From assembly GCF_964204865.1 (NCBI RefSeq), contig NC_135256.1:8928001-8992000 (forward strand): a stretch of 64,000 nt of DNA, in the 5' to 3' direction. Below are positions 43,153 through 55,204 of the stretch, in pieces. Position numbers and translations under genes: made by a program. Positions within the stretch are counted from its first letter, which is position 1, and each line of letters begins with the position of its first letter. The notes below the pieces were generated by a model that was not told the DNA's origin, made no database searches, and saw only the letters and a list, made by a program, of their open reading frames with translations. Source of the stretch: Styela clava (taxonomy: Eukaryota).

Positions 43153-44542
43153 TTTTGTTGAGATTAGACGTCCTACAGTCTTGCAAGTATTCTATATTTG
43201 CTTCTACAGGAAAATTTATCAGCTCGTTTTATGGTACCAATAAACATCAAACCAATAAAGTCACAAAATTGACACGGCAAGGTTTATTTTAATAAAAGAA
43301 GTCTTTCCTTGTTTACAAACTATTTTCATTAGCTAATCCACTCTCGGAAACTGTATTTCAGAAAGCAAGAAAGAGCAAGTAAGGACATCAACTACAGAAA
43401 ATATTGAAGACGATTGGTTCCGTCTCCATGCCTGAACAACATATCGAAAATGCTAAAGCTGACCAGCCAGTACAAGTACAACGCAAATATTTACGCATAT
43501 GTAACTTTCTCCGACATCTCTTTCCAGATATTGAAACCTAAATAAATAAAACAAAATATAATAAATGATAAGTAAACCACCTCAAGTGCCGCACTATAGG
43601 GAAACTCGAAGAATCACGTTAAGTTTTAGAATGAAGAAGTTATTTATGTAATATAAACAATAACCTTCAAAGATAATCCTTTGGAATTTTCATTAGTTTG
43701 TCCCACATAAATGTTCGACATTTGCATTAGTGTATTGTAATCAGTGGGCTTTATATAACAAAGGTTTTACTTTAATAAAATGCAAATGTTAATTCAGTTG
43801 AATACTGAAAATATACGATTTCAGACTTCACGCCGAGGCTATCCCGTTTTAAATTTCTTCTCAAATTTGATGAAGCCGGAAACGCTAAATAGCTGACTAC
43901 AAAGCTATGTAAAATTTTACAATTTAAAAATTTGTTCAATAACTATAGACTACGTCTTGTATAAATTCTAGTTGTGTTCATACTTCCTCCTTAATTAAAT
44001 TACGGTTTACTACGACCGACAATAATCAGAGGTAGTATCATTTTAAAAAAAAAAAATTTTTGTTTTCGAGAAAATATTCGTTGAAGAAGTATTGTGTGTA
44101 CTCATTTAATGAATAAAATCCTTGGTTTTTATTAATTTCGTCCAAATTGTTTGTTTTAGTTTATGAAGTGTACTCTCATAGTGGTTGCTACGGCTGGGCA
44201 TTTTCGAATACCTTGTGATTTCAGAATCGGATCGGATAATTTTTTCGACTCGAATCGAATCAAGAACTACTCATCCCTATTATAAACAAAAACGAAGCAG
44301 ACAGAATAGGTAAAAAAAGATCCGCGAGTAGCTTGGTGAACATGGAACAGAGGTTGAAATCACATTAAATCCAGCATAGATCTCAAGATATAGCATGCCG
44401 TTTGTGTTCATTGGATTGATTGGCCGATTGGGCTGTAAACCTGCTGACTGGACTTCACTGTGGTGTTAATGCAATATGATATCCACCACCAGTATGCCAA
44501 TTTCCGGATAAATTCAGCCAAAAGTTGGTAAACGTATTAGTT

Positions 44543-47500
44543 CAGGGTCGTCCAACCCGTGGCCCGCGGGCAATCTGTGACCCGCGGAAGCATTTCGAGT
44601 GGCCCGCGATGTATTTTTTAGAATTAAATAAATAAAATTAAGTATAACTATTATTCGAGCGATTTAGTATGAAAAGTTGTGAACAAACGAAATGTTTATT
44701 TTCCTGAAATGCGTTCTGCCAGCCCTTCCAAACGAGCCATAAGTGCCATTTTGAATCGAAACCAACTGGGAGGAGATATCAATATATAAAGCTGCCGTAG
44801 TTGATACGTACATACATAAACTCCATATTACATACATAAAAGCGAGCAACTTTGTGGCAGAAATATTCGCAAAACAATCCAAGCCGTTTTCACATTGAGA
44901 ATTCGTTCAGCAATGTATTTCTAGGGTTACCAATGTTTTGTGACCGGAAATAAAAGAGGAGTTTGCAAAAATAAGCCTGTCGAGACAGGCATACGATAAA
45001 ACATATCCTTATAGACTACGTTGAAAATCATATGCTATTGCGTACAATTTATATTAACCCATCTGTCAGCCCATTTCACTTTCACTCCCTGTATCTCAAA
45101 AAATGTCTCTGAGACACTAAAGCAATGAAGACACTGGGACTTTGTACATGTGGAATACGGCATTTGACAATAATTTGACAAAGAAAAAAATTACTTTCAG
45201 TATAGTGTGTCCAAACGAGGTATAACATGAAACAACCGTTTATTGATATGGGAATCGTGATGCAAAGTACATTTAATTAAAATGTTCACACAAGTTTTTC
45301 TTTATAGCCTTTGCATTTTACAAGCTTTACTAGGAACATACAACAATTGCAACAGCGTCTTTAAAAAACATAAAATAACGTTTCTTGTTATCAGTGAAAC
45401 TCATGTTTAATTTGAATATTTACCTTCATATACGAACGAATGCTTTACGTGGAAATGCTTGGATGGATATTCGATAACGATTAAAAACAGCGTGACCAAA
45501 ACGAAAAAATAGGGATTTTGAACAATCTGTGGAAAACTATAGAAAGCGTAGCTTTGAAAGAATTACCATTTTGTGACGTCAACTCTTTTGACGATAATAT
45601 AAACAAATTACTGTTCCAGTAGGGAATACTGCAATACTTTCAGCAGTAAAATATTATCTTTGGCTGCAATGTACAGACACGATTCTTGCGGAATGACCAT
45701 GATATCTGCTTGTCAGGCTCCCTAACAATCAAATACGAATCGGAGGATTGATTGGCAGAAGCTCGGCGGAGTATCAAAACACGACAAACAAATGACACTC
45801 AAATATAAGTAACTTGGTAGTGCTCGTCAGCTTATTTTAAAACGATATAATATCATCTACTGGCGAATTGTGTTAGTTTTTGATGCATTAAAATTCTGTT
45901 CACTTCAGGTTGGCTAGACAAAGGAAAACCGAAAGAAAATATTAAAGCAACAGTCAGACATGGGGTCTCAAAGTAAACGATACGAACGATACGCCGTAAC
46001 TGTCTCTTCAGTCGGAGCGGCGCAAATTCTTCCTTAATATTGCGACATCTCAACGGGTCAGGGGAAGGTCGGTGAAAAAACCAAAATCGTAAAAGTAATA
46101 ACCTTACTTGAGACACTTCAATATTTAAATACAGAATATTTAAAAGGGATTAACAAAAAACATAATAGAAAATATCATCATCGACAGAAATTTAGCAAAT
46201 CTCCCGGTATAATAAGTTAATTATTTCATTTCATAAATGTCTCCAATTTATTCATTACTACAGTATTAGAAATGGAATATCGTCAATACGTACAATATGA
46301 GGCAGTGTATCTTAAGACAGTTGTTATAGATTGTCTTTAGAGTCTTCGTTGTTTCGAATAGACAGGCTGAAACGTTAGACCAGGGTCGTCCAACCCGTGG
46401 CCCGCGGAAGCATTTCGAGTGGCCCGCGCTGTATTTTTCAGAATTGAATGAAAAAAATTAAGTATACCTATTATTCGAGATATTTAGTATGGAAAGATGT
46501 GAACAAACGAGTTGTTTATTTTCCTGAAATGCGCTCTGCCAGCCCTTTCAAACGAGCCATGAGTGCCATTTTGAATCGAAGCCAACTGGGAGGAGATATC
46601 GATATATAAAGCTGCCGTAGTTGCCACGTACATACATAAACTCTATAATACATACATAAAAGCGAGCAACTTTGTGGCAGAAATATTCGCAAAACAATCG
46701 AAGCCGTTTTCACATTGAGAATTCGTTCAGCAATGTATTGTTAGGGTTACCAATGTTTTATGACCGGAAATAAAAGAGGAGTTTGCAAAAATAAGCCTGT
46801 CAAGACAGGCATACAATAAAACGTATCCTTATAGACAACGTTGAAAATCATATATGCTATTTCGTACAATTTATATAAACCCATCTGTCAGCCCATTTCA
46901 CTTTCACTCCCTGTATCTCAAAAAATGTCTCTGAGACACCGAAGCAATGAAGACACTGGGGCTTTGTACATGTGGAATACGGCATTTGACAATAATTTGA
47001 CAAAGAAAAAATGACTTTTAGTATAGTTTGTCCAAACGAGGTATAACATGAAACAACCGTTTATTGATATGGGAATCGTGATGCAAAGTACATATAATTA
47101 AAATGTTCACACAAGTTTTTCTTTATAGCCTTTGCATTTTACAAGCTTTACTAGGAACATACAACAATTGCAACAGCGTCTTTAAAAAACATAAAATAAC
47201 GTTTCTTGTTATCAGTGAAACTCATGTTTAATTTGAATATTTACCTTCATATACGAACGAATGCTTTACGTGGAAATGCTTGGATGGATATTCGATAACG
47301 ATTAAAAACAGCGTGACCAAAACGAAAAAATAGGGATTTTGAACAATCTGTGGAAAACTATAGAAAGCGTAGCTTTGAAAGAATTACCATTTTGTGACGT
47401 CAACTCTTTTGACGATAATATAAACAAATTACTGTTCCAGTAGGGAATACTGCAATACTTTCAGCAGTAAAATATTATCTTTGGCTGCAATGTACAGACA

Positions 47501-48192
47501 CGATTCTTGCGGAATGACCATGATATCTGCTTGTCAGGCTCCCTAACAATCAAATACGAATCGGAGGATTGATTGGCAGAAGCTCGGCGGAGTATCAAAA
47601 CACGACAAACAAATGACACTCAAATATAAGTAACTTGGTAGTGCTCGTCAGCTTATTTTAAAACGATATAATATCATCTACTGGCGAATTGTGTTAGTTT
47701 TTGATGCATTAAAATTCTGTTCACTTCAGGTTGGCTAGACAAAGGAAAACCGAAAGAAAATATTAAAGCAACAGTCAGACATGGGGTCTCAAAGTAAACG
47801 ATACGCCGTAACTGTCTCTTCAGTCGGAGCGGCGCAAATTCTTCCTAGATATTGCGACATCTCAACGGGTCAGGCGAAGGTCGGAGAAAAACCAAAATCG
47901 TAAAAGTAATAACCTTACTTGAGACACCTCAATATTTAAATACAGATTATTTAAAAGTGATTAACAAAAAAAATAATAGAAAATATCATCATCGACAAAA
48001 ATTTATCAAATCTCACGGTATAATAAGTCAATTATTTCATTTCATAAATGTCTCCAATTTATTCATTACTACAGTATTAGAAATGGAATATCGTCAATAC
48101 GTACAAATATGAGACAGTGTATCTTAAGATAGTTGTTATAGATTGTCTTTAGAGTCTTTGTTGTTTCGAATAGACAGGCTGGAACGTTAGAC
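44543..48192 (+). repeat. Tandem duplication: 1838-bp unit (44543-46380) and 1812-bp unit (46381-48192); the first about 380 bp recur a third time from 48193
   Basis: Long stretches read identically between units (for example about 45250-45930 versus 47060-47740), with scattered SNPs and indels near the unit ends. Confidence 0.95.
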
Positions 48193-48639
48193 CAGGGTCG
48201 TCCAACCCGTGGCCCGCGGAAGCATTTCGAGTGGCCCGCGCTGTATTTTTTAGAATTGAATAAAAAAAATTACGTATAACTATTATTCGAGCGATTTAGT
48301 ATGAAAAGATGTGAACAAGCGAGTTGTTTATTTTCCTGAAATGCGCTCTGCCAGCCCTTTCAAACTAGACATGAGTGTCATTGAATCGAACCGAAACCAA
48401 ATGGGAGGAGATATCGATATATAATGCTGCCGTAGTTGTTACGTACATACATCATACATAAAAGTGAGCTACTTTGTGGCAGAAATATTCGTAAAACAAT
48501 CGAAGCCGTTTTCACATTGAGAAATCGTTTAGCAAAGAGGCGTTTGCAAAAATAAGCCTGTCAAGACAGACGATTCTCGTCGTGTTGAAGAGCTTAGGAA
48601 TTCAATAACAAAAACTTTAATTGCAAAAGCGGGAAAGTT

Positions 48640-48872
48640 TTCATCGTATTTCTTGACGCCTGACGGAAGCGCTGACATCAAGTCTACTGCTCGTCATGCG
48701 GGGAGTTAATGATGATTTTGAAATTAGCGAAGAGCTCGCGGCCATTGTCCCAATTAAGGGCACTGATTTGTTGAGAGCTGTGATGAAAACGATCAAGCGT
48801 CTTGGCTTTTCTTTGGCCAAACTTTCGGGAATAACCACTGATGGCGCTCCATTGATGGCTAGGAAACAACAG
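48640..48872 (+). pseudogene. hAT transposase fragment
   Basis: RGVNDDFEISEELAAIVPIKGT..LSGITTDGAP aligns by eye with RGITCDFKITEEIAAIRPMKGT..LAGVTTD of the transposase at 3612. Confidence 0.8.
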
Positions 48873-49289
48873 TTGTATTGTTCCAATAATTGTGAAAGTT
48901 TGGCGTGAGGCTATTGTTGCTTTCAGTGTAGCAAAACTAAAACATAACTACCATGTTAAGTGGTCCGCGCACGTATTAGTAAAGTGCACGAGGCCCTTCG
49001 GCCAAAAAGGTTGGACGACCCTGTATTAGTTATTACCACAACAAAAAGTAAGTATTGCTTGGGTTAATGCGCGCTTTTAGTGTATTTTTTGAAAGGATAT
49101 TAAAGAACGAGGCGGTAAACTCCTCTCAAATACAAGTCCAACAAAGTTTATAATAAATGAATTTTCAGCCTACTGTTAATCGGAGGAGAATAAAAACAAT
49201 GATGATGTTACAAGTGATGTACAAACAATCAAGTAATGAAATCTAAAAAATTGGTGGTACCTTGGCAACTTCAAACCTGTTTCACTTTC

Positions 49290-50220
49290 CTCTTGGATCT
49301 ATTTTTTTCGCTTGCCGGCTTTTTTACTTAACCTTTTCGCTTCACCGGCTCTATTTCCTTTCCTGCTTGCGCACTCATGGGAGTGTGTGAGCCACTGATG
49401 GGATGCTCTCTGCCGCTTGGCTGCCGGCTATTTATTATTCCTATTTTTTTCGCTAGCCGGCTTCCTTTCCTTTTCGCTCGGCGGCTTCTCTATTTTCCTT
49501 TCCTGCTCACTGATGGATGATGTAATTTTATTTTTTGCTTGCCGGCTATTTTTTTCCTTTTCCTCACACTCTAATCCTCTCTGCTGACTCCACTTGGCTC
49601 TATACCGCTCAGCTGCTGGCTATTTATTTATTCTTCCTGCCGGCTTCCTTACACTTTGCCTGCCGGCTTCCTTACACCTCTTTTCGCTTCGCCGGCTTCT
49701 CTATTTTCCTTGAGTTGCCGGCTATGGGATCTTTTTTTCGCTTGCCGGCTTCCTTTCCTTTCCGCTCGCCGGCTTCTCTATTTTCCTTTCCTGCTCACTG
49801 ATGGATGGATGTCTATTTTCCTTTCCTGCTTGCTTGCTCTTGATGGCTCTTGATGGCTCTGCCGCTTGGCTGCCGGCTATTCCTTCCTGATCTATTTTTT
49901 TTGGCTGAGGCTCTCGTCTGCCCTTTTTCTCCCACAACTGCTTGTCGTGCTTATTTATTTCGTCCTGGATCTTCTTTTCGCTTGCCGGCTTCCTTTCCGC
50001 TCGCCGGCTTCTCTATTTTCCTTTCCTGCTCACTGATTCTATTTTCCTTTCCTGCTCACTGATGGATGGATGTCTATTTTCCTTTCCTGCTTGCTTGCTC
50101 ACTGATGGATGGCTCTGCTTGACTGCCGGCTATTTATTTATTTCTTCCTTCCTGTTCTATTTTTTTTGGCTGAGGCTCTCGTCTGCCCTTTTTCTCCCAC
50201 TACTTCTTGTCGTGCTTACT
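49290..50220. repeat. Pyrimidine-rich mosaic tandem array built around GCCGGC
   Basis: About 14 GCCGGC cores with recurring modules CTATTTTCCTTTCCTGCTCACTGATGGATG and GGCTGAGGCTCTCGTCTGCCCTTTTTCTCCCAC. Strong strand asymmetry. Confidence 0.85.
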
Positions 50221-50239
50221 GGTCCATACCTAGAACTTA

Positions 50240-50326
50240 GTCTACCACGTAGGGCTCGAACCCCAAACCCTCATACCTATCCCGATGTCTGACCATGTGC
50301 CTACGCTTCCCCTGAGCTACCGCTAC
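50240..50326 (-). ncRNA. tRNA-derived (SINE-like) Pol III promoter head, not an intact tRNA
   Basis: Minus-strand A box GGTAGCTCAGGGG (about 50321-50309) and B box GGTTCGAGCCC (50262-50252). No convincing acceptor or anticodon stem. Confidence 0.5.
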
Positions 50327-51699
50327 TGGTAACGATCGGGTGGGTTAGAATCTTACTTAATTAACGACGTCACGCTTGGCAGCCCACGACGAGGCCAATT
50401 ACCCACAAAAATAAATTTTCATTAAACATGCTTCGTTGATTCAAAGCAGGTTTATTCGTGCCTCAGTTGAAAGCGTTCATCTGGGACTATCGTGTGCGCT
50501 GCTTCAACTATTGAATGTGTGAGTATCACGTTTTAAATTTGTGGATCATTATAATTTGGTTTTTACAATATAAATGCTTTAATTCAAAAGAGTGAATCTG
50601 CAAACCAAATTTCTGACTCTCAGTGGAGGAATACTAAAACTGAAAGACGTGCCGTGATTTTGATCCTTTCCGTCTCTTGTGCCAACTGACCGTCGTACCT
50701 CTAGTTTAGTTTCATAAATTTATAAAACTTCCCAGATCAAAATTGGTGCGGCGCTATACCTTTTAACAGGTTGAAACGATATCATACACCCTAAAAAATG
50801 AAAGACACCGTAAATTTTGTCTTAAGAGCCCCGCGACAAGTTAAACATGCTAGGCACTAAAGATGAAATGTGTAAATTTCTTTAGTTCAAAGATCTTTAG
50901 CCAAAATAAATGGATTAGAACTGGTAAATTGATGATGTCTCATGCATTCTGTGATACCTGCATACAAAAACTTATCAATTGGTGCTGAAAGAAATATTTG
51001 GTGATAAAGTGCTAATTTTTTAAAGACTGAAGGGAGCGAAACGATCATCCAAGCCAGCTCCACCTAATATCCAAACCTTCGGCTTATGTAGCAATATGCA
51101 GGGAAATGAGATACTTTGGAGTAATACCACGATTAGCGGAACACAAGTTTGCTTCTGGGATTACAAAGGTGATAGTGTAGGATTGCTTGTCGAATTTTTG
51201 TGGCGATCTTCGCTACCATGGGCATTGTATTAGATGTTTCTGGTGACAGATATATATAACAGAATCAGAATACTCTTCATAATCACATGTGTAATAATTT
51301 TCTCCACAATGACTTTAATAACAGGCTAAATGAGCATTTGAACGATTTGATATGAACATATATATACCAAATCTCAATGTTTTTACATATTCATTTCATG
51401 GCGTATTATTGTTTTTGTTTTGTTTGTTCACTGTTTTTAAGAACATTGGCTTCATTGATTACATGAACCTACATATTTACGAGTGGTTAGTCAGTTAGTG
51501 TTTTCCTGATAATTGTTTTCATAATTGCCTGAGCGTAGAATTTACCAGCATTGTTTTGATTTGTTTGTATATGTGTCTTGATTCACTGTATCACATTTTT
51601 ACCAATGCCAAATCAATGTAGTTTTTATGGTATTTTGACCCTTTTCGCCACCTTATCACATTACACCTACACACGTTGTCTTTGTATCAGATCGAATTT

Positions 51700-51980
51700 G
51701 TCCTTATTTGCTTGAGTATTTTAAAAGATTACGACAGCCCGAAAGTTTATTACATTCGCATATTTTTGTGTGTGTTTATTTTTGGCCCAAGCCAAAACTT
51801 GTTTAACAAGTTTTTTTTTGTTGTTGTGAATGTGTGTTGGTGAGCGGGCACATAATACTCATCATGTTTTTAACTTTTTTAAAGGTTTTGCTCGCTCTCC
51901 AGAATTCTCCATTTTCTATTTTTTTTGTATTATCATATTGTGGAGTTTTCGAAATAAACTATCTATCTAATATCTATCTA
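51700..51980 (+). mobile_element. Probable 3' end of a non-LTR retroelement
   Basis: T-rich UTR-like sequence ending in AATAAA followed by a (CTAT)n microsatellite tail at about 51954-51980. No recognisable ORF. The left boundary is uncertain. Confidence 0.35.
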
Positions 51981-52159
51981 AATTGCGCGTGCGATGTACC
52001 TTTTTAGTGATTTTGATACTACGTCTCGGCTACGCGTCATATTTCCCCGGACTCTGATGAAATATTAGCTAACCAATGTAAGGGTATTCAATCAGTCTCC
52101 CATTCTTTTATAAATGCATTCATTGCGATTCTATTGCAGTTCGCGAATGGATATTTCTG

Positions 52160-52600
52160 TGGTGCCTCATTTTCCTTGGTGCCCTGGGCACGTACTTATT
52201 TTGCCTAATATACAATCCAGCACAGTTTGATATACATAATTTATCTGTGAAATCTAGATTTATTTATGGCTTGTATTTATCCCATTAAAAAGGTTTAGTG
52301 TTTAAATTAGGTAAAGTAATTTCAACAACTTATGCACATTAATCGGTAAGTAACAATGTGTTGTTTTGTTTTTAAAATCTATTGTGAGCCTCATTGGATA
52401 ATAATTAACCTTTTCAAGGTCTCCGTAACATCAGAAGTTTGAGAAACCCTGTAATACTGGATATCCGAGTCTCACAAGCTTGTCCGTTGACTGCATGCCT
52501 ATGTGTAATACAAATAGCCTTTTTTTCAAATTCCAAAAAGCTCCGCTTTTCAGCACACCTGAAAATCTCTTGCCGTGGCACACAGTTTGAGAAACGCTGA
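52160..52600. mobile_element. Cluster of hAT MITE end fragments
   Basis: GTTTGAGAAACCCTG (about 52437-52450), GTTTGAGAAACGCTG (about 52585-52599) and GGTGCCCTGGGCAC..AATCCAGCAC (about 52178-52223). Confidence 0.45.
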
Positions 52601-52709
52601 ATTAGGTGCTCGGGGAAACATCCATTGTTCGTAGCGTCACGACGATAAGTGTTCCACTGTTCCGCCACCAGAGGACGCAGCAAAATATATATAGCCGTTA
52701 CGACAGAAT

Positions 52710-52985
52710 AGATAGAATTTACATATTTATCCCGGGGTAGAGAAATGTCGATAAAACGGCTTAACTATATGGCAAACTACGGCCTTTCGTCCGGTTACGG
52801 TACCATTCAATGCCGGGTATGGAATTAGTTATTTTTTCCGGAAGCATGGACTTGATGGTTTGGGAAGCCGTACCGACCAGCGGTTACGTAAAACGGCGGC
52901 GAGGAGTCCAGCAATCCTCTCGCACATAAGGATCCCCGCATGGGATTCGAACCTGCGAACCCACGCAGCGTAATCCAGAGTTAGT
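52710..52985 (-). mobile_element. tRNA-derived SINE (5'-truncated)
   Basis: Minus-strand B box GGTTCGAATCCC at 52953-52942 followed by a GC-rich body. The segment AGGCCGTAGTTTGCCATATAGTTAAG resembles AAGCCGTGGTTCGCAATATGACCAAG at about 59125. Confidence 0.55.
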
Positions 52986-53467
52986 AGTAAAGAAAAGTGA
53001 AAAAGAGCGTTGATTACTTTTGAAAAACGCCATATTGGTTATGGCCCTTATGGGCGGTAGTGGGATTCAGCCGGTTCGCACCGGTTCTATAGAAATTCAT
53101 GAGATCAGCAAACAGGTAAGCATTACATGATTTTTTGTAACATCACTACTGGTTATGGAAGTCGCTGCTCGACAACCAGTCTTGGTGTCCCGCGCCTCCC
53201 TTTGCCCTAAAGTATTAGATTACTTATTTTCTGTATTGTGTATCCACAATGTGTGCTTTAGAATGGCGGAAAAAATAAATTACTGATTACCATAAAGCAA
53301 AATAAACAGATTCACGCCCTTTTCATTCATTACCCAGTGTCTGACTCCAGGCACCACCGCGAATCTTGAATCTAATCTGCCAATCTCCGCGCTGTGTCTC
53401 ATTCCACAGTGCAGCCGAGTGGATTTCTTGGTTAGGTTCTGCATAAGAGTGTATCTTAGCTTAGGCG

Positions 53468-55204
53468 ATGTCGTATCCAAAACAAGTTTATGTTCCTGTA
53501 GTTAATCCGATTCCTGTTCAACAAACTAAAGATGAAGAAATTCTCACCGCTATACGAATGTGTAATTTGGATCGATGCAGAGAGATGATATTGTCTGACA
53601 ATGAAATTCTTCACAAAAAAGGATGGAACAATCTAACGCCTCTTCACCAGGCTTGTTTATCTGGAGAACCTTCAATCGTGGGACTTTTTCTGCAACATGG
53701 TGCAAATCCAAATGCAAGAAATTCATTTGAAGAAACCCCTCTGCATTATGCATGTCGAAGAGGAATAGTGTCAGTTGCACATTTGATGATTAAGAATGGG
53801 GGAGATCCATCTCATGTTGACAAGCGTGGTCGAAACTGTATGCATTTTGCTGCGAATGGTGGTAGCGTTGTGATGCTTCATTATCTGCGAGCTCATACTG
53901 ATTTAAACTATGACACACCTGATGATACTGGGAAAAATATTTTGCATATTAGCTGTGAGTTGAGACATTTCGCAACCATCGATTATCTCATGAGACACAA
54001 TAGAGTCGACCCAGGATTGAAAGATCTCAGAGGAGTGACTGCGCTTCATATCGCAGCCGAAAAAGGTGATGGTGAATTAGCCTGGATCATCTTGCGCACT
54101 GGAGGATGTCAACTTTTAAGTATTAAAAATCAAAAAGGCGAAACACCATGTGATATTGCTAAGCATGGTGGAACCGAAACACACAAGAGATTATTTAAAA
54201 CACTCCTTTCATACTCAGGCTCAGAAAAGATACCACGAGGCCCTATATACACTTGGTATTTTTTATGTATTTTACCTTTTTCATACTTAGCTATAGTTTT
54301 CCTGCTTTCAATGTATATGAATAGTTATAGTGGACACTTTGCATTTCTTCTGTGTCTTATTCTGGTTTATAACGTTGTTAAACAAGGTCATCGAATGAAT
54401 CATATCAGTCGATGGCCAAATCCTATATTTATGGGGGCATTTGTTGGTGGAATATTACACTGTGCTATGGCTGAGTTTGGCCACTTACATCGTGCTTTGT
54501 GGCCGTGTCCTACAATAATAATAATAGTAACTCCTTTGGCAGCTTTGTGCATTTATTTATTATGGTTCTTGATTTTTCTTGACCCTGGTAAAAACAAAAC
54601 ACCCAAACTTGATCCTTCTACTGGAAGGCCGATGTCGGTTTTAGATATTGCGGAAGGCCGAGCTTCTGACTCAGAATTTTGTGTTTTCTCTGAAATTATA
54701 CATGGACAAAAAACAAAATATTGCAAATTATGTCAAGCACCGATGTTAGATATGGATCACCATTGCTTGTTTTTAAACAATTGTGTGGCTAGAAAAAATC
54801 ATAAACATTTCATTGTATTATTGATTGTTGTCATGGTTACGCAAACCATGTTTGTAATATGTTCATGCTTATATGCTAGCATGTACTCTGAGGGCAATTT
54901 TAATTCAGGACTTGGCGACCCAATTACACCATACATATTCTACTTATATAAGCATGATGCCTGGATTTTTTGTTTGTCAATATTGTGCATGACATCTTGG
55001 TTGTGGGAGTTAACTCTTGTCTACGCCCAGCTTTCTGTTATAGCAAGAGGTAGTACAACTTACTTTTCTATGAAACGTCACAATCACACTGTTCTCACAA
55101 GAAAGCAAATGTTTTTTAATATTGTACAGTTTTTTCTACGAGACACTGAAGTTAAAAATGTAAGACATATTGATAAACAAAGTGTTTCTTTGTCTCATGT
55201 TTAG
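53468..55204 (+). CDS. Ankyrin-repeat DHHC palmitoyltransferase (ZDHHC13/17/Akr1-like), intronless CDS, 578 aa
   Basis: N-terminal ankyrin repeats (TPLHQAC, TPLHYAC, TALHIAA), several hydrophobic TM segments, DPG, DHHCLFLNNCVARKNH, and a TTxE-like STTY motif. Confidence 0.95.
   Translation: MSYPKQVYVPVVNPIPVQQTKDEEILTAIRMCNLDRCREMILSDNEILHKKGWNNLTPLHQACLSGEPSIVGLFLQHGANPNARNSFEETPLHYACRRGIVSVAHLMIKNGGDPSHVDKRGRNCMHFAANGGSVVMLHYLRAHTDLNYDTPDDTGKNILHISCELRHFATIDYLMRHNRVDPGLKDLRGVTALHIAAEKGDGELAWIILRTGGCQLLSIKNQKGETPCDIAKHGGTETHKRLFKTLLSYSGSEKIPRGPIYTWYFLCILPFSYLAIVFLLSMYMNSYSGHFAFLLCLILVYNVVKQGHRMNHISRWPNPIFMGAFVGGILHCAMAEFGHLHRALWPCPTIIIIVTPLAALCIYLLWFLIFLDPGKNKTPKLDPSTGRPMSVLDIAEGRASDSEFCVFSEIIHGQKTKYCKLCQAPMLDMDHHCLFLNNCVARKNHKHFIVLLIVVMVTQTMFVICSCLYASMYSEGNFNSGLGDPITPYIFYLYKHDAWIFCLSILCMTSWLWELTLVYAQLSVIARGSTTYFSMKRHNHTVLTRKQMFFNIVQFFLRDTEVKNVRHIDKQSVSLSHV

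Larger units (their letters stand above)
44543..49023 (+). mobile_element. Composite non-autonomous hAT (Buster-type) element, 4481 bp, with three left ends
   Basis: Perfect 15-bp TIR CAGGGTCGTCCAACC at 44543 and inverted at 49009-49023. Perfect TSD TATTAGTT at 44535-44542 and 49024-49031. Additional left TIRs at 46381 and 48193. Confidence 0.93.

Noticed and set aside
49535-50292. Overlapping Phe/Leu/Pro-rich ORFs
   Set aside because: These are by-products of the pyrimidine-rich tandem array and have no protein motifs.
50380-50402. Possible LTR primer-binding site (minus strand AATTGGCCTCGTCGTGGG)
   Set aside because: I could not match it to a tRNA 3' end, and found no paired LTR or gag/pol remnants.
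52942-52953. tRNA gene suggested by a perfect B box
   Set aside because: No A box or cloverleaf. The context indicates a truncated SINE.
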